Shown: one piece after another, positions 1 through 10,684 of the stretch
Position numbering within the stretch: the stretch's first letter is position 1
Layout: every line of letters starts with the position of its first letter
IMG/VR virus record: IMGVR_UViG_3300031519_000168
Coordinates: 1-27,961 of that record
Source of the DNA: a virus
Lineage: Duplodnaviria; Caudoviricetes
Direction: 5' to 3' (one strand)
DNA length: 27,961 bases
Notes under the pieces: model-generated
What the model was told of the DNA's origin: nothing
What the model saw: only the letters and a program-made list of their open reading frames with translations
Databases searched by the model: none
Translations under genes and position numbers: made by a program

Positions 1-192
1 TCAGCATTCGCTATAGCAGCAAAGGCAGCAGGTGCACTCTCAATTGGTGCAGGTTCTGGTTATATGGGTGGAGTTGGTATGCACGTTGATATTGCTCCAG
101 GTAATACAGTATTAATTACATCAGCTAAATATTGGGGTTCAGGTGGTAGATCTGCTAATGCTCCAACCTGGTTAGTAGGTGTAATGTCATAA
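1..192 (+). CDS. 3' end of a gene (partial) with a peptidase M15/YcbK-like C-terminal motif; occupies the gp5/baseplate-hub position upstream of PAAR
   Basis: Frame 1 is open to TAA at 190-192 and reads SAFAIAAKAAGALSIGAGSGYMGGVGMHVDIAPG...KYWG...APTWL. The IGxG..Y...MHVD...WG pattern resembles M15 zinc peptidases. The stop overlaps the next ATG (TAATG). Confidence 0.55.
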   Translation, partial: SAFAIAAKAAGALSIGAGSGYMGGVGMHVDIAPGNTVLITSAKYWGSGGRSANAPTWLVGVMS

Positions 193-491
193 TGGCTAAA
201 GCATGTAGAACAACAGATTTAATATCAATTCATGAATGTGGAGTTATACCATTTGCAACAGGGGCATCTATTGATGTATTCATAGAAGGGCTTGGTGCAC
301 ATAGAGTAGACGATAATAACTCTGCTCATCCTTCAGTACCTGAATCGAGTGGTTGTACTCCTCATGTTACAACGTTATCCTCTGGTTCGCCAGATGTTTT
401 TGTCAATGGAAAAGCCCTGGCCAGAGTAGGTGATTCATATGGCTGTGGCATCGAATTAACTTCAGGTGCTAGCACAGTTTCCGCTAATTAA
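192..491 (+). CDS. PAAR-domain spike-tip protein (T4 gp5.4-like)
   Basis: Repeated VF(I/V)xG..AxRVxD units, GSPDVFVNGKALARVGDSYGCG, His/Cys metal ligands; lies immediately before gp25. Confidence 0.9.
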   Translation: MAKACRTTDLISIHECGVIPFATGASIDVFIEGLGAHRVDDNNSAHPSVPESSGCTPHVTTLSSGSPDVFVNGKALARVGDSYGCGIELTSGASTVSAN

Positions 492-494
492 GGT

Positions 495-502
495 TATAAA
501 TA
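495..502 (+). promoter_or_regulatory. T4-type late promoter TATAAATA
   Basis: Exact consensus in the PAAR-gp25 gap, 5 nt before ATG 508. Confidence 0.85.
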
Positions 503-507
503 ACAGT

Positions 508-924
508 ATGGCAATTACACAATCAAACATAAGTGCTCGTAAAAAACCTTACGCAGACTTTGACTTTCCTTTTAAGAAGCATCCTGTAACAGGTGACCTT
601 CCTATTAAGCGTGATGTCGAAGCTGTGAAACAGTCAGTGCGTAATATCTTACTCACAAGACGAGGAGAGAAATTCTTTGATCCAGATTTTGGTGGCTCTT
701 TAACCGAATATCTTTTTGAAAACTTTGACTCAGTTGTTGAAGCGGAAATGGAACAAAGAATTATTGGTACTCTAAGGAACTATGAGCCAAGAGTAAAAGT
801 TTTAAACGTACGTGTTGAAGATTTATCTTATCGCAATGCACTAAGTTTAAATTTAGAAGTACAAATCTTGTCACCAGAAGATGTGACAACGAACATAGAA
901 TTCATTATTGAGAGGCTCAGATAA
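508..924 (+). CDS. gp25: Baseplate wedge subunit gp25
   Basis: AVKQSVRNILLTRRGEKFFDPDFG...YEPRV motif. Start moved from 466 to ATG 508, which follows the late promoter. Confidence 0.95.
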   Translation: MAITQSNISARKKPYADFDFPFKKHPVTGDLPIKRDVEAVKQSVRNILLTRRGEKFFDPDFGGSLTEYLFENFDSVVEAEMEQRIIGTLRNYEPRVKVLNVRVEDLSYRNALSLNLEVQILSPEDVTTNIEFIIERLR

Positions 925-2784
925 ATGACTGATACTAACCGCCTTACGGTTGCAGAGATGGATTTCGATACCATCAAAACAAACCTGAAAGCATTCATGA
1001 AAGAGCAATCCACTTTTGAAGACTACAACTTCGAAGGATCTGCTTTAAGTTCAATGCTTGACGTTATGGCATACGTAACACATTATAACGCAGTCAATGC
1101 AAACTTTGCTATCAACGAAACGTTTTTAGACTCTGCTAGATTACGTCCTTCAGTAGTATCACACGCTAAAATGCTTGGTTATACTCCTCGCTCATCTTAT
1201 GCAGCTGTTGCATATCTTACTATTAAAGTAAATTCTCCTACTGGTGTCACGGACTCTGATGGAAATTATCTACCTTTAACAATGGTAAAGGGTACAGTAT
1301 TTACTTCTACAATCGACGGTGTGGCTTACAAGTTTGTTAACGATCAAACAGTCACAACTACACGAGATGCTGACGGCGAATATATCTTTACTAACATTAA
1401 AGTATTACAAGGTTCTTATAAAAGTATTGAATACGTTTACGATTCATCTTCTGCAGAATCATATGTAATACCATTTGATAACGCAGTAACATCAGAGCTT
1501 ACAGTTAAGATTAAAGCTTCTGATTCAAACGCAGCAATTGAAACCTTTGAAGCTGCTCTTAACTTAACAGTAGTTACATCTACTTCTGAAGTATACTTTC
1601 TTGAAGAGCATCGCACTGGATTCTTTGAAGTTAAGTTTGGAGATGGTGTATTAGGTAAGAAATTAGATAACGGTAATATCATTCAACTTGAAACATTAGT
1701 TACAAACAACGCTGATGCAAACGGTGCATCTGTATTTGCTCTTTCTGGAACGATTAACGGCAATTCAAACGTAACACTTACTGTTGTACAAAAAGCAGCT
1801 GGTGGTTCTGAGAGAGAAGATTTAGAATCTATTAAGTTTAACGCTCCGTTATCATATGTTTCTCAGAATCGTGCAGTGACACCAGATGATTATAAAACTA
1901 TCATCCAGAATAACTATGCTAACATAGATGCTATATCAGTCTGGGGCGGTGAAGATAACGATCCACCAGATTACGGTAAAGTTTATATCTCTGTTAAACC
2001 TAAGGATGCTGAGGTACTTACTGATGCAGATAAGACTCTCATCATTTCTCAGTATTTAAAACCTAAGAACGTGGTTTCGATTACTCCTACTATTATAGAT
2101 CCACAATATACTTACGTTTATATGGATGTGTTCTTTAAGTATAATCCTAACGTGACTGCTCTTTCTTCTGATGCACTTGCCGCTGCAATTCGTGAGGTTA
2201 TTCGTACATATAATACTGACCAACTAAAACGTTTTGATGGCGTATTCCGGTTTTCAAACATTAATGCTAAGATAGATGAAACAAGTATTGCTATCTTAAA
2301 CTCAGTTGTTAGAGTTAAGATGAAGAAGCGTATTGTTCCTGCAACGACAGCTGAAGCGAAGTATAATGTAACTTACTCATCTCCGATTTATAACACGAAC
2401 TCTACCAGTCAGATAATTACATCGTCTGAGTTTGTTCATAATGGTAATACAGGTTGTACTCTCAGAGATCGTGTTGATGAAGAAGGTACACGTAGGCTTC
2501 AGATCGTTCAAGGCACTGGTACTACTGAAGTGATTGTAGTGAATAATGCTGGTACGATTACTCCTACATCTGGTAAGCTATCATTTACCGCAGCGTTTGA
2601 TTCGTTCACTGGAACATATATAGAAATTACAGCTTCCCCTGATTCAAATGATCTTGCACCTAAGAGAAACGAACTACTAACTATTTTAGTAGATGAGTGT
2701 GAAATCGAAGGTGAGGTTGATACAATGATTACTGGCGGTACTTCAGCTGGTGTCGCTTACACTACTACTGCAAGGCATGAATAA
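925..2784 (+). CDS. gp6: Baseplate wedge subunit gp6
   Basis: DFDTIKTNLKAF..DYNFEGS, ETFLDSARLR, QNRAVTPDDY and WGGEDNDPPDYGKVYIS motifs; synteny with gp25. Confidence 0.95.
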   Translation: MTDTNRLTVAEMDFDTIKTNLKAFMKEQSTFEDYNFEGSALSSMLDVMAYVTHYNAVNANFAINETFLDSARLRPSVVSHAKMLGYTPRSSYAAVAYLTIKVNSPTGVTDSDGNYLPLTMVKGTVFTSTIDGVAYKFVNDQTVTTTRDADGEYIFTNIKVLQGSYKSIEYVYDSSSAESYVIPFDNAVTSELTVKIKASDSNAAIETFEAALNLTVVTSTSEVYFLEEHRTGFFEVKFGDGVLGKKLDNGNIIQLETLVTNNADANGASVFALSGTINGNSNVTLTVVQKAAGGSEREDLESIKFNAPLSYVSQNRAVTPDDYKTIIQNNYANIDAISVWGGEDNDPPDYGKVYISVKPKDAEVLTDADKTLIISQYLKPKNVVSITPTIIDPQYTYVYMDVFFKYNPNVTALSSDALAAAIREVIRTYNTDQLKRFDGVFRFSNINAKIDETSIAILNSVVRVKMKKRIVPATTAEAKYNVTYSSPIYNTNSTSQIITSSEFVHNGNTGCTLRDRVDEEGTRRLQIVQGTGTTEVIVVNNAGTITPTSGKLSFTAAFDSFTGTYIEITASPDSNDLAPKRNELLTILVDECEIEGEVDTMITGGTSAGVAYTTTARHE

Positions 2785-4049
2785 TGACTAATGATTCAAC
2801 TAAAGTAGACATATCCTCGTTGATCTCGGACCTAGTCCCTGAACACATCAACCAGTCATATCCCGACTTTATTGAGTTCTTAGAGCTATTTAATAAGTAT
2901 CTAGTATCTGAGAACCGTGCATCTCACTATGTTAACCGTGTTTCTAATCAAAGAGATATAGATTTAGTTGAAGAAACGTTTTTAACTAACTTACAACAAG
3001 AGATCGGCATTTCTGTACCTCGTACATTTGCCGCTGATCCTCGTTTATTTTATACGAAGCTTGTACAGTTCTATCAATCACGTGGTACTCCTGATTCTAT
3101 CACATCGTTCTTTAACATATTGTACGATGATGAAGTTGAAATCTATTTTCCTAAAGAAGATATGTTTGTTCCCTCTGACAATCCATGGACAGACTTCTCT
3201 GCAGATGTTACTGCTAACCCTAGCGTATATTCTCCTTCTCTTACATATACGGTTTCAGGTACTACTTCAGAAATCACGGGACAAGACGATAATAGTTTTT
3301 GGTTATGGTATGATGTGCCAATCATATTTGTTAACGGTACACTAAATAATAATTGGAAGTCAAGCACTTACTATAGAACGTATGGTAGCGAAGATCCAGA
3401 CGCTGATGACGCTATCACACAGACACTTGCATATAAATTAACGTTTAGTCCTGCACTTGCAGATGCAGATGTTGTTAAGATATACCGTTCAGGTTCAGGT
3501 GCAACTTCACGTTCGTATGTTTCAGACGATAAGAAAATTCAAGATTCTTACAAGTATCAAAAGTTCTCTTATATTCTTAAAACTGGTGCTAACATTGACC
3601 AGTGGAAAAACGCATTTAATCGGTTGGTTCACCCAGCGGGTTTTATATTCTTTGGTGAGATTCTTCTCTTCATTGAAATTTTAGAAAAAAATAGGGCAGA
3701 TACTGTTTCGCCCTTTATTCAACCAGGTTTACAACTTGGTGCTGGTCTTCCAGTTCCGATTATTATACCTCCAGTAGAGATCAATGCTCAGGCTATTGCA
3801 ACTCGATCTGGACATGGTGTGTTAAGTTCACATCTTGGTTATACTGCTGATCTTGCGACTGTCTACTTTATTGAAGGCATTGTAAATGATAACACAAGAC
3901 AGTCTAATCATTTAGGACCTAAACAATACCTTGAAGATTTAAAATTCTTGTTACCGAATCCTGTATCTAATTTCTCAGATTACACTATTCTAAACGCTAT
4001 AAATAAAGCAATAGATATTAACGCGACAGCTGAAATAACTATCTCGTAA
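2784..4049 (+). CDS. gp7: Baseplate wedge initiator, gp7-like (compact form)
   Basis: FYQSRGTPDSITSFFNILY..VEIYFPK and KIQDSYKYQKFSYILK...LVHPAGF motifs; position between gp6 and gp8. Confidence 0.8.
   Translation: MTNDSTKVDISSLISDLVPEHINQSYPDFIEFLELFNKYLVSENRASHYVNRVSNQRDIDLVEETFLTNLQQEIGISVPRTFAADPRLFYTKLVQFYQSRGTPDSITSFFNILYDDEVEIYFPKEDMFVPSDNPWTDFSADVTANPSVYSPSLTYTVSGTTSEITGQDDNSFWLWYDVPIIFVNGTLNNNWKSSTYYRTYGSEDPDADDAITQTLAYKLTFSPALADADVVKIYRSGSGATSRSYVSDDKKIQDSYKYQKFSYILKTGANIDQWKNAFNRLVHPAGFIFFGEILLFIEILEKNRADTVSPFIQPGLQLGAGLPVPIIIPPVEINAQAIATRSGHGVLSSHLGYTADLATVYFIEGIVNDNTRQSNHLGPKQYLEDLKFLLPNPVSNFSDYTILNAINKAIDINATAEITIS
3998..4005 (+). promoter_or_regulatory. T4-type late promoter TATAAATA upstream of gp8
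   Basis: Exact consensus about 75 nt before the gp8 ATG, which has an AGGAG Shine-Dalgarno. Confidence 0.75.
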
Positions 4050-4079
4050 AGAACAAACATTTAATAGGAGTCAAAATCA

Positions 4080-5444
4080 ATGGCCGCCATTGTTACACAA
4101 AACTTTAGGCTAAGAGCTGCAAAACAGTTTGTAGCTGATCTAACCGAAGCGGCGAATAATTATTATTTGTTTGTTGGTCGCTCAGCAACGTGGACTGATG
4201 ATACTACACCAGACGCGCCTTACGATAATACTCATTCACATACTACAGACGTATGGCAACATATGATGTCACTTAAGAAATTAGCTACTACTGATTTGCA
4301 GTTCGCTGCACCTCGTTACCAGTGGATTTCAGGTACGACATACAATGAATATGACGATCGTGATTCTACACTTGAATCTAAAAAGTTCTATGTCATTACT
4401 GATAACAACCATATTATGATTTGCTTAAAAGCTGGTCCTGGCGCATCTACTACTAACCCAGATAACTCTGGTGTTACTACTGCAGGCGTTATTGATTTCA
4501 GTGCATCTGATGGTTATATTTGGAAATACTTGTATACGTTGTCAACAACAGCTGCTAACAAGTTTTTAACTTCTGCATTCATTCCAATGAATGACATTAC
4601 CAGCAACCCTGGTGGTGCAGCAGCTCAAGCCCTTCAAGATCAGTGGGCAGTTAAACAGGCAGCAATAGATGGTGCGATTTATAACATTAAAGTTATTAAC
4701 GGTGGCACTGGTTATTCTGCATCTGATACTTTCACAGTGACAATTACTGGTGACGGTGCTTCAGCTGCTGTAGTAGATGCTAACGTAACAGTTGCTGGTG
4801 GTGTAATCACTAAGCTTCTTGTAAGTACTCCAGGAACTGGATATTCTAAAGCAAAGGTTGTAATTACATCAGATGGTTCTGGCTCTGGAGCAACAGCTCG
4901 AGCAGTAATTGGTCCTAAGAATGGATTTGGTTACGATGCACGTCAAGATATGCGAGGACATTATATCACTGTTAATGCTTCTTTGACTGGTAACGAGAAC
5001 GATACATTTATTACTGGCAACGAATTCCGTCAGCTTGGTATCATTCGCAACCCATATAACTTTGGCACATCAACAGTATCTACTGGCGGATCATTACGCG
5101 CAACATACAGTTTGACTTTATCAGGACCACCTGCAGCTGGTGAGTTCCTTAATGATTCTGTGATTGTTGGAAGTTCATCTGCAGCATTAGGTGTTGTTGA
5201 TGATTATGATGCAACTAACGGTATAGTATATTATCATCAAAATGAAACTACAGGATTTGGCACTTTCACTGTTTCAGACAATGTTAAGATCAACGGCACT
5301 AGTAATACAGCACGCAACGTCACAGCGGTAGGTAACCCTGGAGTTGAACATGGTTCAGGTGAAGTTATCTTCGTTGAAAACCGTACTGCTGTTAACCGAG
5401 CTGACGATCAGATTGAAACAGTAAAACTCGTACTTGAATTCTAA
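4080..5444 (+). CDS. gp8: Baseplate wedge subunit gp8
   Basis: MAAIVTQNFR start, YYLFVGR, DGYIWKYLY, FRQLGIIRNP and the C-terminal R..DQIETVKLVLEF motif. Confidence 0.92.
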   Translation: MAAIVTQNFRLRAAKQFVADLTEAANNYYLFVGRSATWTDDTTPDAPYDNTHSHTTDVWQHMMSLKKLATTDLQFAAPRYQWISGTTYNEYDDRDSTLESKKFYVITDNNHIMICLKAGPGASTTNPDNSGVTTAGVIDFSASDGYIWKYLYTLSTTAANKFLTSAFIPMNDITSNPGGAAAQALQDQWAVKQAAIDGAIYNIKVINGGTGYSASDTFTVTITGDGASAAVVDANVTVAGGVITKLLVSTPGTGYSKAKVVITSDGSGSGATARAVIGPKNGFGYDARQDMRGHYITVNASLTGNENDTFITGNEFRQLGIIRNPYNFGTSTVSTGGSLRATYSLTLSGPPAAGEFLNDSVIVGSSSAALGVVDDYDATNGIVYYHQNETTGFGTFTVSDNVKINGTSNTARNVTAVGNPGVEHGSGEVIFVENRTAVNRADDQIETVKLVLEF

Positions 5445-5455
5445 GGAAGAAAATA

Positions 5456-8400
5456 ATGGCAATTAAGTTTAACGTAGATCCATACTACGATGACTTTCTG
5501 AAGGCAGGGGCCGATGGCCTCTCTCCTCAGGAAAAATATAATAAGGTACTCTTCCGTCCAGGAATTGCTGTGCAAGCACGAGAGCTTACTCAGCTTCAAT
5601 CGATTCTTCAAAACCAGGTTACTCAATTCGGTAATCACATGTTTAAAGAAGGTTCGCTTGTAATTCCAGGCGGTAACTCTTATAACAACAACGCTAACTA
5701 TGTTAAGCTGTCTGCTACTAACGCTGCTACTGTAGGCGATGCACTCAATGGTAAAATGGTTGCGAATGCCGATGGCCTTCGTGGTAAAATCATTAAAGCT
5801 GTTGCTGCCACAGGATCTGATCCAGATACATTTTATGTGGTTTATCAGAATTCTAACGGTGCGACTAATGCTAATAAGGTATTTAGTTCATCTGATTCTT
5901 TAACCGAAAAGGTATGGAACTCTGGCACTTCTTCTTATGACACTGGCACACTTACAGCAACTGTTGCTTCATCTGCTGCAACAGGCGAAGGTGCATTTAT
6001 TCAAGTTGAAGAAGGTGTATACTTTATACGCGGACATTTTGTCATTGTTAAAGCTGATATACTTATACTTTCAAAGTATACTAATAATGTTTCTCTTGAT
6101 GTTGGTTTAGAAATTACTGAGGCTGTGACAACTGCAGCTGAAGATGATACTATGAACGACAACGCTACTGGTTCTCCTAACTATGCAGCTCCTGGAGCTC
6201 ATCGTTATTCGATCAAGACTGTGCTTAAGACACAAGCGAACTACGGCTCTACAATAGAAAACTTCTTATTGTTACTTCGTGTAGTTTCTGGTGATGTGCA
6301 AAAGCAAGTTCGTACATCAGATTATTCTGTAATAGAAGATACATTAGCTCGTCGTACTTATGATGAGTCTGGTGATTACACTGTTAGGCCTTTCCGTGCA
6401 ACGATGAAGGAAGACACTGACGTTAACTCTCCAGGTGATGCAACTAAATTGGTTGCTGCGATTGAGCCTTCTAAAGCATACGTTCGTGGATATGAAATTC
6501 AAACATTATCTACTACTAACCTATCAGTTAATAAAGCTCGTGAAGCTGCATTGTTTGAAGGTGCTTCTGTATCCTCACTTATTGGCAACTACATTAACCT
6601 ATTAGCTTCTACAGTTACTGGTCTACCTGATATAACTACATTCGGTCAGATTGAATTAAGAAGTTCGACAGGCGGTGGTGGTTCTATCATCGGGTATGCA
6701 CGCGCACGTAGTATTGAAAAGGATGGCAACAACTATAAGTTATATTTGTTTGACGTTCTAATGAACACCAATCAAACGTTCTCTTCTGTTAGATCTGTTA
6801 AGGTTGGAACTACATTTGCTGGTAACTTGGTTTTACTTAATAGTAAAGCAGTTATAAATGAGCCTATTAATAATACCGCAGTGTTTGCATTACCATTCGA
6901 TCGTGTTAAAACATGCGATGACGGTACTGGCGATTTTAACTACGTGTATTTCTCTAATAAGAGATTCTCTCCAGATACAGTTTCTGGTGGTGAAGCTACA
7001 TTTACTACTACCGGTTCTACTGAATTATTTGAACCATTTGATAATGACAACTGGATTTTAGTTGTTACATCTGGATCAAGTGCAGGTACTATTGTTGCAG
7101 TATCATCTGGTGATGTAAGCATCGCAGGTAACTCACAATCAGTAGACATCTCTGGATTAACATCGTATAACGGTGATACAGTAACTTTGGTCGCAGGAAT
7201 TAAGAAAACTCTTGATCACGATTCTAAATCATTGACAACATCTGGTTCTCAGAACGTTCATCAAGTAGCGTTTACAGGACAGTCTACGATCGAAGCTGGT
7301 GTTTTAGCTTTAGGCAAAGCCGATGGTTATCGTCTACTTGCAATCTATATGTCTCCTAGCTTCTCTACCTCAGCAACTAATGCTCATACCGATGTTAAGG
7401 AATACTACAACTTTGATAATGGTCAGACAGATAACTTCTATGGTATATCTAAGGCAACTATCAAGCCTGGTACAAACTTTGTTCCTACTGGACGCTTACT
7501 TGTTAAGTATGAGTATTTCACTCATGACGGAACAGGCGATTTCTTCTCAGTAGATTCATATTCTGGTTTGACTGATGATGATGGCGATACAGTAACATAT
7601 GAGGATATTCCTTCATACACTGTTAAATCAAGTGGTAAAGTTATAGAGCTTCGTTCAGCTATTGATTTTAGACCTCGTGTATCAGATGCTGGTGGCAACT
7701 TCACTGGAACTGGTGCTGTTGTTAAACTGTGTCCTGAACCTGCTACTACATTTACTACAGACATTCAATACTACTTGAATCGTCGCGATAAAGTATTCTT
7801 AGATAAGAATGGTACTTTCGGAGTTATTGAAGGTGTTTCTTCTCTTAATCCTGAATTGCCAGATGATCCAAAAGATGCAATGGTATTGTATCAATTGCTA
7901 GTGCCTGCTTATACTCTTAAGCCATCTGATGTTGAAATCACGGTGCTTGATAACAAGCGTTATACCATGAGAGATATTGGTAAGATCGATCGCAGAGTTA
8001 ATACTTTAGAATACTATACTGCATTATCATTCTTAGAAAAAGAAGCGTCTGATCGTCAAGTTGTTGATTCAACTGGTGCACTACAACGATTTAAGAATGG
8101 CTTTGTTGTTGATTCATTTAAGTCATACAATGTTGCAGATGTTATTTCTCCTGAGTTCAAGGCAGCAATAGATCCTGATCAAGGTATCTTACGGCCTCAG
8201 TTCTCACAAGAATCAACACGTCTTCGATTCGATTCAAGTGCTTCTTCTGGTGTAGTTCAAACAGGTGATCTAGTAACTTTACCATACACAAGCGTTGCGT
8301 TAGTTAAACAAGAACAAGCTTCTTCTCTTATTAACGTCAACCCTTACGATGTGTTTACATGGTCTGGATCTCTTGACCTCTCTCCTTCATCAGATGAATG

Positions 8401-10684
8401 GCGTGATGTTAGTCGTCGTCCTGCAGTAACCATTGATAACTCTGGTGTTACGAATGCTATGTTAGATCAGTTAAATGAATCTACTGCATTCGGTACTGTA
8501 TGGAATAACTGGCAGACACAATGGTCTGGAACACAAACACAAACTGGTAACTGGATAACTCAAGGCCGACGTAATACTAGAACTATAACAACTACTGATT
8601 CTAGTAATCAAACTCGTGTGGGTACAAACAGCGCTTTAGCATGGTCTACTCAGGTAGATTCTCAAGGTGATCGTGTAGTGTCAATTGATATTATACCATT
8701 CATTCGCTCTCGTCAGATTTCATTCCGCGCAGTTCGTATGAAGCCAAATACTAGAGTATATGCATTCTTTGATGGTGTTGATGTATCAGCATTCGTACGT
8801 GAAGAATCTTCTTATACCTTATGGTCTAATAACGATACTTCAGTTGTTACAGGACAGAATGCGATTACCGCTCATCCAAGTACAGCAGGCCAATTGATTA
8901 CAGACGGTGCTGGCTACATAACTGGTTCGTTCTTTATACCTAACAATAGTGCTACGACGTTTACTACTGGTTCTAGAGTATTCCGACTAACTGATTCAAC
9001 TACAAATGCTACGACTAATACTACAGAAGCTGAAGCTTCATATAGTGCTACCGGATTAATTGATACTGTTGAAGAAGTCTTCTTGTCAACACGTACTCCT
9101 CGAGTTGAGAGAAGTGCAGTAAATGATGATCGTGTTATTATTACTAACACACGAACTGAAACACAGACAGGTTGGTCAGATCCATTGGCACAGTCATTCT
9201 TAATTGATGAAACTGGTGGAGCATATATTACGAAGGTTGATATGTTCTTTGGTACTAAGGACGATAATATTCCAGTGACGTTACAGATTCGTGAAATGGT
9301 TAATGGTTATCCATCTCCTCGAGTAGCGCCATTTGGTGAAGTTGTTCTGAATCCTACTAGCGTTAATATATCTGCAACTGCAGCGACTGCTACAACCTTT
9401 ACATTCGAATCTCCTGTATTCTTACAAGAGAATGTTGAATATTGTGTTGTGTTACTTGCTAATACTAATAAATATAAAGTATGGCATGCAGTGATGGGTG
9501 AAGAAGATTTAAGCGGTGTTAAGATTAACAAGCAACCATACGCTGGTGTATTGTTTAAGTCTCAGAACGCTGCTACATGGACAGCTGATCAGAACGCTGA
9601 TCTTAAGTTTAATATTCACCGTGCTGAGTTTACTATTGGAGCAACTGCCAATCTAGTTCTTAAGAATAATGAACCTGAAAAAGCTAGCTTACAGTATGAT
9701 CCATTTAAGTGTACTTCTGGTTCTGCGATTGTTAGAGTATCTCATAACAACCACGGATTCTTTAAGCATGCAACTATTAATTCGAGCGTAACGATTTCAG
9801 GTGTTGCAACAGCGATACACGGTATTCCTGCTGCTCAATTAAATGCTACTCACGTAGTAAGTGGAGTAGAGCAAGATTCATATACCATCACAGTTGCAAC
9901 TAGCGCTACATCAACAGGTATTGGAGGTGCAGCTACGATAGATGCTACAGATAATAGAGCGTTCCAAGCGTTCCAAACTAATATTCAACAAGTCTTATTG
10001 ACTGGAACGAATATTACTTGGGCAGCTAAAACCTCATCTGGTCTAGGACTTATGGAAACATCTCGTACTCCTTATGTAGTTGATTCAGCATACTCTGCGA
10101 TCATACCTAATGAGACAATGTACACAAGTACTACACGAGTTATTGCTACTACTGATAACAAGAATGTTCCAACGTTCCTTGCACGCGCTGCGTTTACTTC
10201 AACACGAAGTAACTTATCTCCTGCAATAGATCTTGAAAGAGCATCGGTTGTTACTATTGGTAATCGCATAGATCGACCTGTAGCATCAACCACCGCAGGC
10301 TTTAACGTTGTTGATGGATTTGTTGCTGAAACAACTGCAGCCGTTGGTTCTGCTCTTGCTAAGTACGTTACAAAAACTGTGTTACTAAATGAAGCTTCCT
10401 CTACATTGAAAATCTTTATAGATGTTGCTCGTCCAAATAACACGGAGTTTGAAGTGTATTATAAGACAGGTGCCGATGAAACTGAAGTAAATGATGCATC
10501 ATGGGTATTAGCAACTCCAGATAATATTATTCCTGTTAGTGATACTGGAACGTTTAGTGAAGTTGAATGGACGATTGATCCTGCCATAGACTTTAAAGCG
10601 TTTACTACCAAGCTCGTCATGAAGTCTGAAAACCCTGCTCTAGTACCTGAAGCATCAGCATTCAGAGCTATAGCATTAGTATAA
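5456..10684 (+). CDS. Large virion structural protein, VrlC/DUF4815-like
   Basis: FNVDPYYDDF, VLFRPG.AVQARELTQLQSILQNQ, APGAHR, LARRTYDESGDY, YTMRDIGKIDRRV, DPLAQSF and WTADQNADLKF motifs, as in the large post-gp8 protein of marine T4-like phages. Confidence 0.88.
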   Translation: MAIKFNVDPYYDDFLKAGADGLSPQEKYNKVLFRPGIAVQARELTQLQSILQNQVTQFGNHMFKEGSLVIPGGNSYNNNANYVKLSATNAATVGDALNGKMVANADGLRGKIIKAVAATGSDPDTFYVVYQNSNGATNANKVFSSSDSLTEKVWNSGTSSYDTGTLTATVASSAATGEGAFIQVEEGVYFIRGHFVIVKADILILSKYTNNVSLDVGLEITEAVTTAAEDDTMNDNATGSPNYAAPGAHRYSIKTVLKTQANYGSTIENFLLLLRVVSGDVQKQVRTSDYSVIEDTLARRTYDESGDYTVRPFRATMKEDTDVNSPGDATKLVAAIEPSKAYVRGYEIQTLSTTNLSVNKAREAALFEGASVSSLIGNYINLLASTVTGLPDITTFGQIELRSSTGGGGSIIGYARARSIEKDGNNYKLYLFDVLMNTNQTFSSVRSVKVGTTFAGNLVLLNSKAVINEPINNTAVFALPFDRVKTCDDGTGDFNYVYFSNKRFSPDTVSGGEATFTTTGSTELFEPFDNDNWILVVTSGSSAGTIVAVSSGDVSIAGNSQSVDISGLTSYNGDTVTLVAGIKKTLDHDSKSLTTSGSQNVHQVAFTGQSTIEAGVLALGKADGYRLLAIYMSPSFSTSATNAHTDVKEYYNFDNGQTDNFYGISKATIKPGTNFVPTGRLLVKYEYFTHDGTGDFFSVDSYSGLTDDDGDTVTYEDIPSYTVKSSGKVIELRSAIDFRPRVSDAGGNFTGTGAVVKLCPEPATTFTTDIQYYLNRRDKVFLDKNGTFGVIEGVSSLNPELPDDPKDAMVLYQLLVPAYTLKPSDVEITVLDNKRYTMRDIGKIDRRVNTLEYYTALSFLEKEASDRQVVDSTGALQRFKNGFVVDSFKSYNVADVISPEFKAAIDPDQGILRPQFSQESTRLRFDSSASSGVVQTGDLVTLPYTSVALVKQEQASSLINVNPYDVFTWSGSLDLSPSSDEWRDVSRRPAVTIDNSGVTNAMLDQLNESTAFGTVWNNWQTQWSGTQTQTGNWITQGRRNTRTITTTDSSNQTRVGTNSALAWSTQVDSQGDRVVSIDIIPFIRSRQISFRAVRMKPNTRVYAFFDGVDVSAFVREESSYTLWSNNDTSVVTGQNAITAHPSTAGQLITDGAGYITGSFFIPNNSATTFTTGSRVFRLTDSTTNATTNTTEAEASYSATGLIDTVEEVFLSTRTPRVERSAVNDDRVIITNTRTETQTGWSDPLAQSFLIDETGGAYITKVDMFFGTKDDNIPVTLQIREMVNGYPSPRVAPFGEVVLNPTSVNISATAATATTFTFESPVFLQENVEYCVVLLANTNKYKVWHAVMGEEDLSGVKINKQPYAGVLFKSQNAATWTADQNADLKFNIHRAEFTIGATANLVLKNNEPEKASLQYDPFKCTSGSAIVRVSHNNHGFFKHATINSSVTISGVATAIHGIPAAQLNATHVVSGVEQDSYTITVATSATSTGIGGAATIDATDNRAFQAFQTNIQQVLLTGTNITWAAKTSSGLGLMETSRTPYVVDSAYSAIIPNETMYTSTTRVIATTDNKNVPTFLARAAFTSTRSNLSPAIDLERASVVTIGNRIDRPVASTTAGFNVVDGFVAETTAAVGSALAKYVTKTVLLNEASSTLKIFIDVARPNNTEFEVYYKTGADETEVNDASWVLATPDNIIPVSDTGTFSEVEWTIDPAIDFKAFTTKLVMKSENPALVPEASAFRAIALV

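Noticed and set aside
466-507. Extended N-terminus of gp25 in the ORF track
   Set aside because: Overlaps PAAR and spans the late promoter; ATG 508 fits better.
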